Positions 8,626-17,937 of a DNA stretch of 64,000 nt are shown here, piece after piece. The notes under the pieces were generated by a model. The model was given only the letters and a program-made list of their open reading frames with translations, ran no database searches and had not been told where the DNA came from. How positions within the stretch are numbered: the stretch's first letter is position 1; the number at the start of each line of letters is the position of its first letter. Both the position numbers and the translations under genes were made by a program. Source of the DNA: Myxococcales bacterium (GTDB lineage Bacteria; Myxococcota_A; UBA9042; JABWCM01; BTVJ01); the NCBI GenBank assembly GCA_045863395.1, contig BTVJ01000017.1, positions 32,001 through 96,000 of the forward strand. Reading direction: 5' to 3'.

Positions 8626-11145
8626 CTAGCGGATGTAGACCTCGTTGGAGGACACGCTCGTGCCCACGTTGTTGAACCAGGCATACAAGCTGCCGTTCGC
8701 GTGGAGCATGCTGATCTGGTAGCAGTCGGTGTACCAGAACCCGCCGTTGAAGCCCACGTTGTCCTTGGCGCAGTTGGAGCTCCACGTGTCGTTGTCCTGG
8801 TCCCACGTCGTGAACTTGGCGCCCTTGATGGCATTCTCGATGCTGGAGAAGCCGCTCACCGCGCCGGTCCACGTCCACGCAAACTTGGCGGCCGCGTTTG
8901 CGACCTGGAACCCTGTCACCCGAACCGTCGAGGCGCTCGTCTTGGACCACAGCTCGTGGGTCCCGGACGCCGTCATCAGGTTCCACTGGGTGAGCGGCAT
9001 CCAGTAGATGCGGTCCGCCGGGTAGGGGGAGCCGTAGCCGGTCGTCGAGTAGGCGCTCCAGGTCCCCTTGCGGACCGCGTCCTGCTGCGCGCTGGTGAGC
9101 CCGGAGTTCACGGTCTTCGCGACCAGCGTCCAGCCGCCCCCGTAGGTGGTCATGTCGCAGTAGGCGCGGAAGGCGTCGGACGTGGTGCCCCCGTTCGGGT
9201 CAATCCAGTACATGCCGCTCGGGCTCGACGGCACGGAGTCCAGAATCGCCTTGCACGACGCGAGCGCCGTCGCCTTGGTCTTGCCAGGCCCGGACGACTC
9301 CGGGCGGTAGTAGATCTCGTTGTAGGTGACGCTGGTCCCCACGTTGTTGAAGAGCGCATAGAGGCTGCCGTTGGCGTGCAGCATGCTGAGCTGGTAGCAG
9401 TCGGTGTACCAGAAGCCCCCGTTGTAGCCCACGTTGTCCTTGGCGCAGTTGGAGGACCAGATGTCGTTGTCGTTGTCCCACGTCGTGAACTTCGCGCCGT
9501 TCAGGGCGGGCTCTATGCTCGACCAGCCACTTGGGACGCCCGTCCAGGCCCACGCGTAGGCCTGGTCGGCGCCGTCCACCGTGAAGCCCGTCACACGGAC
9601 GCCGGCCGCGCTCGTCTTGGACCAGAGCGTGCCCGAGCCGGCCTGCTCCAAGAGCAGATTCCACAAGGACAGAGGCATCCAATAGATGCGCGACGCCGAC
9701 TCGGGGCTGCCGTAGCCGTCCTGGGTGTAGGTCTGCCAGGTCCCGTTGCGGATGGTCGCCCGCTCGTCCGCCGTCAGGCCCGAGAGGACGGTCTTGGCCA
9801 GCAGGGTCCAGCCGCCGCCGTCGGTCGTCATGTCGCAGTAGACGCGCACCGCGTTGCCGGTGGAGCCGCCGTCCGGGTCGATCCAGTAGAGCCCGCTGGT
9901 CGCCGACTGCAGCGTCTCCTTGATGTCGAGGCAGCTCTGCCCCGGGTTGCCCGACGTGCTGCCGTAGGGGAGCGAGGCGGCCCCGATCTTTTCAAAGGTG
10001 GTGCCGTTGCAGACCCAGATAGCCTTGTCCGCGGTGTTCCAGTAGACGTAGCCCTCCTGGTCCGCGCCGCAGGTGACCGGGTGGCTGCCGGCGTTCTGGA
10101 GGCGCATGCCGAGGATCGGCGCCGAGCCGAGGTTCACGGAGCCGCCGGTCACGGAGATGCCCGCCGCAAACGTCTGGAGCGCCGTGAACGTGTTGGCGGT
10201 GCTGGTGCTGACGCCGGGGCCGGGCGCCCCGACCAGGTCCGAGTACTGGCCGGACAGGGCGACGGGCGCGAGGGACGAGGTCTTGACGAAGCCCAGCGAC
10301 TCGATGGCGCCTGGAGCGATGGCGCCCGCGCCGATGCAGCCGGTGCAGGCGAGGGGGCCGCCCAGGGTGGCGCTCGCGGCGGTCAGGGAGCCGAGCACCG
10401 TCAGGTCGCCGCGGACGGTCGCGGCGCCGACGTCCAGCGGGCGATACGACGTGCCCGTCGCGTCGAGCACCCGCAGCCCGGCCCCCTGCACGCTGAGCCA
10501 GCCGTTGTTGTGGCTCACGATGGCCGCGTCACCGACGGCCACGGCACACCCCGGGCCGCTCGGGAAGGCCGACGAGCACGCGGTCACCCCACCCGCGACG
10601 GTCACGGTGCCGGCCAGGGCGACGTTGGCGACGATCTCTCCCCCATCGACGCAGCCCGAGCACTGGAGGCCCGTGGCAGCGCCCCCGGGGGAGGCGCCCG
10701 CCGCCCAGGCGAAGGCGACGTCATCGGTTCCCACGCACCCCGTGCACTGTACGTCTGCGGCGAGGGCCGCGTGGTTCGCCTTCTGCGCGAGCAGCGCATA
10801 GGGGGACGCTCGCAGGGGGCGGCGCGGCAGGGTCTCCGTGTCGGCGACCACCTCAAGCCACAGGGTGCCGCCCGCCTCGATGAGCCCGTCGGGCACCGGA
10901 CCGATGGACACGTCGAACACGCCACCCGCGACCGTGACCGGCGCCGGGCCCGTGGTCCAGAGGGGGGAGCCCCCGCTCTGGGCGGCGAAGAGGCGGAACG
11001 TGAGGTCGAAGTTCCCGGCCACGGGGACGCCGGCCCCCGTCAGGAGGGTGCCCTGGAGCTCCAACACACGGGTGACGTCGGCGCCGAGCGCTGCGCCAGG
11101 GAGCGCGAGCGCAAGCGCCAGGGCGAGCCGCAGCGAGCGTGCCAT
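8626..11145 (-). CDS. Secreted fibre-like protein with two tandem fibrinogen C-terminal (FReD) domains (839 aa)
   Basis: GGAGG RBS; signal peptide MARSLRLALALALALPGAALG; twice SCxxI...SGxYWIDP...YCDMTTxGGGWTL...KFTTWDxDNDxWSSNCA...GGFWYTDC. Confidence 0.88.
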   Translation of the reverse strand: MARSLRLALALALALPGAALGADVTRVLELQGTLLTGAGVPVAGNFDLTFRLFAAQSGGSPLWTTGPAPVTVAGGVFDVSIGPVPDGLIEAGGTLWLEVVADTETLPRRPLRASPYALLAQKANHAALAADVQCTGCVGTDDVAFAWAAGASPGGAATGLQCSGCVDGGEIVANVALAGTVTVAGGVTACSSAFPSGPGCAVAVGDAAIVSHNNGWLSVQGAGLRVLDATGTSYRPLDVGAATVRGDLTVLGSLTAASATLGGPLACTGCIGAGAIAPGAIESLGFVKTSSLAPVALSGQYSDLVGAPGPGVSTSTANTFTALQTFAAGISVTGGSVNLGSAPILGMRLQNAGSHPVTCGADQEGYVYWNTADKAIWVCNGTTFEKIGAASLPYGSTSGNPGQSCLDIKETLQSATSGLYWIDPDGGSTGNAVRVYCDMTTDGGGWTLLAKTVLSGLTADERATIRNGTWQTYTQDGYGSPESASRIYWMPLSLWNLLLEQAGSGTLWSKTSAAGVRVTGFTVDGADQAYAWAWTGVPSGWSSIEPALNGAKFTTWDNDNDIWSSNCAKDNVGYNGGFWYTDCYQLSMLHANGSLYALFNNVGTSVTYNEIYYRPESSGPGKTKATALASCKAILDSVPSSPSGMYWIDPNGGTTSDAFRAYCDMTTYGGGWTLVAKTVNSGLTSAQQDAVRKGTWSAYSTTGYGSPYPADRIYWMPLTQWNLMTASGTHELWSKTSASTVRVTGFQVANAAAKFAWTWTGAVSGFSSIENAIKGAKFTTWDQDNDTWSSNCAKDNVGFNGGFWYTDCYQISMLHANGSLYAWFNNVGTSVSSNEVYIR

Positions 11146-11175
11146 GGTCGTGACCTCCAAGCTCTGTGCTCGGCC

Positions 11176-11204
11176 ATCGTACTCCTGCGTCAAGGGCCCT
11201 TCAA
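11176..11204 (-). promoter_or_regulatory. Putative sigma70 promoter TTGAAG-N17-TACGAT for the 11145-3823 operon
   Basis: Near-consensus hexamers with a 17-bp spacer, about 30 nt upstream of the ATG. Confidence 0.5.
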
Positions 11205-11286
11205 CGGCAGAGATGCGCTGGTTGACGGCGGCGCGGTGAAGCTCGCACACTGCACACCGTAGGCGATCCACCTGCGGAGAGCAGCC

Positions 11287-13869
11287 ATGGGAGTCAGGAC
11301 CCGGGTGTGGGCGGCGGCCATTGCCGTGTTTGTGGGGTGTGGCGCCGACACGACACCGTTGCCCCCGTCGGCGGAGGACGCGGCAGACGCCACGCTTGGA
11401 GACGCTACTGGCGACGGTGGTGCCACCGGGGATGCTGCGGACACGGCCTCCATGCTCGACCTCGAGGACGGGAGTGAGGCCCCCGATGCCGCGGGCCCCG
11501 ACGCAGCCGACGCTGCCGACGCCGCGGACCCCGACGCCGCCGACGCCGCCGACGCCGCCGACGCCGCCGACGCCGCCGACGTCGCCACCCTGGATGGCAC
11601 GGAGGACAGCGGCGCGACCGAGGACACCCCAAGCATCGACGTGGGGAGCGACCTGGGGCAAGGCGACACGGGGTGCCAGTGCGACGACGGCGACCCCTGC
11701 ACCGGCGACAGTTGCGCCACGGGGCTGTGTCAGCACACGGCGGTCCCCTGCGACGACGGCGACCCATGCACGACGGACGCCTGCGTCGCGGGTGAGTGCG
11801 CCCACGCAGCGCTGCCCTGCGACGACGGCGACCCATGCACCACGGACGCCTGCGCCGCGGGTGAGTGCGCCCATGCAGCGCTGCCCTGCGACGACGGCGA
11901 CCCATGCACGACGGACGCCTGCGTCGCGGGTGAGTGCGCCCACGCAGCGCTGCCCTGCGACGACGGCGACCCATGCACCACGGACGCCTGCGCCGCGGGT
12001 GAGTGCGCCCATGCAGCGCTGCCCTGCGACGACGGCGACCCATGCACGACGGACGCCTGCGTCGCGGGTGAGTGCGCCCACGCGGCGCTGCCCTGCAACG
12101 ACGGCGACCCGTGCACGGATGACGCCTGCGCGAGCGGCGCGTGCACCCACGTCGCGCACGGCTGCGACGACGGCAACCCCTGCACGACCGACGGCTGCGA
12201 CGCCCTGCTCGGAGGACCCGCCTGCACGCACGAGGGCATCGTCTGTCTGGACGACGACCCCTGCACCAGCGGCGCCTGCGACCCCGCCACGGGCGGTTGT
12301 GCGTTCACCGTCGACCCGACCTGTGCCCCCTGCGCGAGCGCGGCGGACTGCGACGACGGGGACTCGTGCACCACCGCGCTCTGCGATGCCGCGAAGAGCT
12401 GCGTCCAGGTGAGCCTGGTGTGCGACGACGGCAACGCCTGCACGGTGGACCTCTGCGACCCCGTGGCCGGCTGCGTGACGCTCTCGGGCTGCGACGACGG
12501 CGACCCCTGCTCGGAGGACGTCTGCCTCCCGTGGGAGGGCTGTGTCCACGCCCCCCTGCCCTGCGACGACCTGGACCCGTGCACCGTCGACGCGTGCGAG
12601 GGGGGCGCCTGCGCATATACGCCCGCAAGCTGCGACGACGGCGACCCCTGCACCGCAGACCCGTGCATCGCCGGCCTCGGCTGCGCCCACCCGCCGAACC
12701 CGTGCGACGACGGCGACCCCTGCACCGTGGACGGGTGCGGCCCCGGCGGGTGCATCCACTCCCCGCTGCCCTGCGACGACGGTGACCCGTGCACGGTGGA
12801 CTCCTGCGCGGGGGGCGCCTGCACCCACGCGCCGGACCCCTGCGACGACGGCACGGCGTGCACCGTGGACTCCTGCGCCTCACCTCAAGGGTGTGCCAAC
12901 GCGCCGGTCCTCGGCTGCACCGTGTGTGCGAGCATCGTGGACTGCAACGACGGGGACCCGTGCACCACGGATGCGTGCGTCGACGGCGCCTGCGAGGCCG
13001 CTCCCGTCCCTTGCCCCGGCGGCGTCTGCGCGGTGGGTGTCTGCGACAGCGCGACGGGCGCCTGCGGCACCGTCCCCCTCGACTGCGACGACGGCGACCC
13101 CTGCACCCTCGACGGCTGCCACGCCCCCGAGGGCTGCGTCACGCTCCCGCGGCCCTGCGGCGACGGCGACCCATGCACGCTGACCACCTGCGGCGCCGAG
13201 ACGGGCCTCTGCGGCGCCATCCCGCTCCCCGGCTGCGTCGACTGCACCGACCCGGACGCGGCCTGCGACGACTCCGACCCCTGCACCATCGACGCCTGCG
13301 ACCCGACCACCGGGGCCTGCGGCCACGCGCCGGCGCCCTGCGGCGACGGCGACCCCTGCACGGCGGACGCGTGCGGTCCGCTGGGGCTCTGCGACCACGC
13401 GCCGGTCCCCGGGTGCGTTGGGTGCACCGGAGACAGCGGCTGCGACGACGGCAACCCGTGCACGGCAGACTCGTGCGCGGCAGGGAGCTGTGAGCACGAG
13501 CCGATCGACGGCTGCGAGCCATGCGCCGGGTCCTGCGCCGCCCTGGACCCGTGCCTCGTCTCATGGTGCGACCTGACGACGCTCTCCTGCATGGGCGCCG
13601 TGACTGACTGCGAGGACGGAGACCCATGCACCGACGACGCCTGCGACCCTGAGATTGGCTGCTATCACCTGCCGAGCCTCTGCAACGACGGCGACAAGTG
13701 CACCATCGACTCGTGCAGCGGCGCCGGGTGCGTCCACACCCCGGACCTCTCCGCCGTGTGCGCCTGCGACGAGGACGCGGACTGCGTCGACGCGGATCCG
13801 TGCACCGCAGACTCCTGCGATCTCGGCATCGGAGTCTGCCGCTTCACGACCGGGGCCTGTGGGAATTGA
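11287..13869 (+). CDS. Cys-rich lipoprotein with Asp/Ala linker and CDDGDPCTxDxC repeats (860 aa)
   Basis: GGAGAG RBS; lipobox AVFVG-C; repeats throughout. Confidence 0.85.
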   Translation: MGVRTRVWAAAIAVFVGCGADTTPLPPSAEDAADATLGDATGDGGATGDAADTASMLDLEDGSEAPDAAGPDAADAADAADPDAADAADAADAADAADVATLDGTEDSGATEDTPSIDVGSDLGQGDTGCQCDDGDPCTGDSCATGLCQHTAVPCDDGDPCTTDACVAGECAHAALPCDDGDPCTTDACAAGECAHAALPCDDGDPCTTDACVAGECAHAALPCDDGDPCTTDACAAGECAHAALPCDDGDPCTTDACVAGECAHAALPCNDGDPCTDDACASGACTHVAHGCDDGNPCTTDGCDALLGGPACTHEGIVCLDDDPCTSGACDPATGGCAFTVDPTCAPCASAADCDDGDSCTTALCDAAKSCVQVSLVCDDGNACTVDLCDPVAGCVTLSGCDDGDPCSEDVCLPWEGCVHAPLPCDDLDPCTVDACEGGACAYTPASCDDGDPCTADPCIAGLGCAHPPNPCDDGDPCTVDGCGPGGCIHSPLPCDDGDPCTVDSCAGGACTHAPDPCDDGTACTVDSCASPQGCANAPVLGCTVCASIVDCNDGDPCTTDACVDGACEAAPVPCPGGVCAVGVCDSATGACGTVPLDCDDGDPCTLDGCHAPEGCVTLPRPCGDGDPCTLTTCGAETGLCGAIPLPGCVDCTDPDAACDDSDPCTIDACDPTTGACGHAPAPCGDGDPCTADACGPLGLCDHAPVPGCVGCTGDSGCDDGNPCTADSCAAGSCEHEPIDGCEPCAGSCAALDPCLVSWCDLTTLSCMGAVTDCEDGDPCTDDACDPEIGCYHLPSLCNDGDKCTIDSCSGAGCVHTPDLSAVCACDEDADCVDADPCTADSCDLGIGVCRFTTGACGN
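11533..11580 (+). repeat. (GACGCCGCC)5 9-bp tandem repeat encoding a DAA linker
   Basis: Directly visible. Confidence 0.8.
11749..12093 (+). repeat. Five 69-bp tandem repeats (CDDGDPCTTDAC[V/A]AGECAHAALP) alternating A/B
   Basis: Units at 11749, 11818, 11887, 11956 and 12025; gtc/gcc and acg/acc variants alternate. Confidence 0.9.
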
Positions 13870-13902
13870 CCACGCAGACGGTTGGACCCTCTGCGACGGT
13901 CT

Positions 13903-14924
13903 CTACGTCCAGTCGAGCAGGACCTTCCCGCTGCGCCCGCTGCACATCACGTCGAAGGCCGCCTGAAAGTCGTCCACGTGGAAGTGGTGGGTCAGGACCG
14001 GGGCGATGTTGAGCCCGCTGTCGAGCATGGCGGCCATCTTGTACCAGGTCTCGAACATCTCGCGCCCATAGATGCCCTTGATGATCAGGCCCTTGAAGAT
14101 GACCTGGTTCCAGTCGATGGCCGTGTCCGAGGGGGGAATCCCCAGCAGCGCGACGCGCCCGCCGTGGTGCATGGTCTCGATCATGGAGCGGAAGGCGTCG
14201 GGGTTGCCCGACATCTCCAGGCCCACGTCGAAGCCCTCGGTCATGCCCAGGTCGCGGATGACGTCGCGCAGCGAGGTGGTCCGGGGATCCACCGCACAGC
14301 TCGCGCCCATCTTGCGCGCCAGGTTGAGGCGATACTCGTTGACGTCCGTGATCACGACGTGCCGCGCCCCGACATGCTTGCAGATGGCCACCGCCATGAT
14401 GCCGATGGGGCCGGCGCCCGTGATCAGCACGTCCTCGCCGACCAGATCGAAGGAGAGCGCCGTGTGGGTGGCGTTCCCGTAGGGGTCGAAGAAGGCGGCG
14501 ATGTCGTCGGGGACGGACGCGGGCAGCTTGAAGGCGTTGCCCGCCGGCAGCGAGAGATACTCGGCAAAGCACCCTTGGCGGTTCACGCCGACTCCAATCG
14601 TATTTCTGCACAGGTGGCGCTTGCCCGCGCGGCAGTTTCGGCAGTGCCCGCACGTGATGTGGCCTTCTCCAGAGACCCGGTCGCCTGCCGTGAATCCCTG
14701 CACGTGGCTCCCCACCTGGGCGACCTCGCCCATGAACTCGTGGCCGACGGCCATGGGCACGGGGATGGTCTTCTGGGCCCAGGCGTCCCAGTTGTAGATG
14801 TGGACGTCCGTACCGCAGATCGCCGTCTTGCGGATCTTGATCAGGAGGTCGTTGGGGCCGATCTCGGGCACCGGGACGTCGTCCATCCAGATGCCCCGCT
14901 CGGCGCGGAGCTTGACGAGGGCCT

Positions 14925-14928
<4 letters not shown>
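13903..14928 (-). CDS. tdh: L-threonine 3-dehydrogenase (341 aa)
   Basis: MKALVK...[25 protein letters not shown]n motif, GAGPIG, C-terminal GKVLLDW; ATGA overlap with the kbl stop. Confidence 0.96.
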
Positions 14929-16118
<1,190 letters not shown>

Positions 16119-16152
16119 CCCGAGTGCCTCCGTTCCCCCCAGCCCGGGCGGC

Positions 16153-16181
16153 ATTATCCGCCGGGCCCCGGGCGGGCGCAA
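16153..16181 (-). promoter_or_regulatory. Putative sigma70 promoter TTGCGC-N17-GATAAT for kbl-tdh
   Basis: Hexamers with a 17-bp spacer, 35 nt upstream of the kbl ATG. Confidence 0.45.
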
Positions 16182-16361
16182 CGGCCCATGGCGTCGAATC
16201 GCGAGGGGGTGCGCGGCGTGTCACCGGCGGGTGCGGGAGGCTGGCAGCGGAGGTGCGAGGGGCACTGGGTGAGCGCCCGGCAGGGGAGGCACGGTGGGGC
16301 TGGGAGGAGAGCGCCCCGGCGGCCGGGTTGCAGGGGGGCCGCCGGGGCGCGAGGAGGTCTT

Positions 16362-17702
16362 CTACCGGGCCTCGCCACGGCGGCGCGCCACCACCGCCAG
16401 GCCGAAGCCGAACATCAGGAGCGCCAGGGTGCCCGCGCCGGCGTTGCCCGCCGCGGCGCTGCACCCGGAGGAGCTGCCGTCGCCCGCGGAGCCGGTCACC
16501 GACCCGCCGCCATTGGCGCCGCTGCCGCCGCTGCCGCCGCTGCCGCCGCTGCCGCCGCTGCCGCCACTGCCGTTGCCGCCCCCCTCGGAGTCGTCCACGC
16601 TCGCCGAGCCGCCGCCGGAGCCGCCGCCCGAGTCGCCGTCGCCGCCCTTCGGGCCGCCCGTGGCCTCACCGGACTGCGGATCCTCTGAGCTCGACGGATA
16701 GCCGCCACCACCGCCGGCCTCGCCCCAGCCGCCGCCGAAGTCGGAGACGCACATGCCCGAGGTAGCAGGCCGCTCGTCGCAGGCGCCGGCCTCCTCGCAC
16801 GAGATACCGCCCGTATCCGTGTCGCCGCTCTCCTCGGGGGCCGCCCCCGCGCTTCCGCCGGAGCCGCTGCTCCCGCCACCGGCGCTGCCCGTGCTCGTGC
16901 CGCTGCTGCCACCACTGCTGACGGGCTCGTCACACTCACAGGGCGGGCACTCACAGCTCGTCCCCTCCTCGCAGGCGCAAGTGGCGCAGGCGCAGTCCGT
17001 GCCGCCCCAGCCGAAGGAGCAGTGGTAGCCGCTCGGGCAGTCCGCGTCCGCCACGCACTCGGTGGGCTTCAGGGAGCAGTAGGACCCGATGACCTCGCAG
17101 CCCGAGGTCTCCTCCGCACTGCCACAGTCGTCGCAGACGCACTCGCCACAGTCCTCGCCGGGCTCGCAGGCCGGGCACGTGCAGCCACACCCGCCCGACG
17201 CCCAGCAGCTCTCGACGGTCACGCACTCGAAGCCGTCGCCGCACTCCACGTCCGTCGAGCATGGGGCGGGCTCGCACACCTTGATCGTCTCCTCGTCGCA
17301 GGGCTCGGGCTCGGGAGCCACCTTGCAGTCACAAGGCTCGCAGGTCTCGCCCGGAGCGCAGTCGGGGCACGCGCAGGCCGGGCCGGCGTTCGCGCAGCCG
17401 ATGGTCTGCTCGGTGCACACCATGGCGGCGCCGCAATCCGCGTCCGTCTCGCACTGATTGGTCCAGCTCCAGCCGCCGCCCGAGACGCACGCCATCTCGC
17501 CGTTGCCCGGGTCGCACTCACCGCACTCGGTGCCCGGCTCGCAGGGTGGACAGCCACCCGAGACCAGCATGCAGACCTCGCCCTTGGCGCAATCGGCGTC
17601 CGTCGTACACTCGCTGTCGGGTTCGGGCATCGGGGCCGCCTGGGCCGCATAGGCCATGGCTGGCGCGAGCAGGAAGGTTGTCATCATCAAGAGTCGCCGC
17701 AT
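16362..17702 (-). CDS. Cys-rich surface protein with Gly/Ser linker and MYXO-CTERM-type sorting signal (446 aa)
   Basis: GGAGG RBS; signal peptide; CxxCxPGxxCxxCxC repeats; C-terminus [24 protein letters not shown]. Confidence 0.82.
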   Translation of the reverse strand: MRRLLMMTTFLLAPAMAYAAQAAPMPEPDSECTTDADCAKGEVCMLVSGGCPPCEPGTECGECDPGNGEMACVSGGGWSWTNQCETDADCGAAMVCTEQTIGCANAGPACACPDCAPGETCEPCDCKVAPEPEPCDEETIKVCEPAPCSTDVECGDGFECVTVESCWASGGCGCTCPACEPGEDCGECVCDDCGSAEETSGCEVIGSYCSLKPTECVADADCPSGYHCSFGWGGTDCACATCACEEGTSCECPPCECDEPVSSGGSSGTSTGSAGGGSSGSGGSAGAAPEESGDTDTGGISCEEAGACDERPATSGMCVSDFGGGWGEAGGGGGYPSSSEDPQSGEATGGPKGGDGDSGGGSGGGSASVDDSEGGGNGSGGSGGSGGSGGSGGSGANGGGSVTGSAGDGSSSGCSAAAGNAGAGTLALLMFGFGLAVVARRRGEAR

Positions 17703-17806
17703 CTCGCACCTCCAGGCCGCCCGAAGGTGGCAGCCACGATTACACACATGCACGGGGAGCCCTGCGCTCCCACGGCCGCGTGGCGGCGCCGTGCACAGGA
17801 AGACAC

Positions 17807-17822
17807 AGCAACCGCCGTGCCA
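17807..17822 (-). promoter_or_regulatory. Sigma54 (-24/-12) promoter TGGCACGGCGGTTGCT
   Basis: Matches the TGGCACG-N4-TTGCW consensus, 105 nt upstream of the 17702 ATG. Confidence 0.8.
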
Positions 17823-17841
17823 TCGCAAGATCATGCTTCAT

Positions 17842-17854
17842 TTTCAAGCAATTG
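17842..17854. promoter_or_regulatory. IHF-like site TTTCAAGCAATTG
   Basis: One mismatch to WATCAANNNNTTR, in an AT-rich patch just upstream of the sigma54 promoter. Confidence 0.5.
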
Positions 17855-17937
17855 CAAGGACGCCAGGGGGGCCGGGCCATGGCCGGCTGGGGGAAGGAGC
17901 GACGCAGGCAGCACGCAGTGTCGCGTTTCTCTACACG

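Noticed and set aside
8629..9945. Duplicated fibrinogen-domain ends as a diversity-generating retroelement TR/VR pair
   Set aside because: Both copies are in-frame domains of one protein, the differences are not adenine-specific, and there is no reverse transcriptase in the window.
5903..11262. Long plus-strand ORFs (908 and 885 aa) and many similar Arg/Ala/Pro-rich ORFs across the window
   Set aside because: They are antisense or alternate-frame shadows of real genes, caused by stop-codon scarcity, and have no recognisable motifs.
11749..12093. Tandem repeats here and at 2264-2638 as CRISPR arrays
   Set aside because: There are no unique spacers, unit lengths are multiples of three within ORFs, and there are no cas genes.
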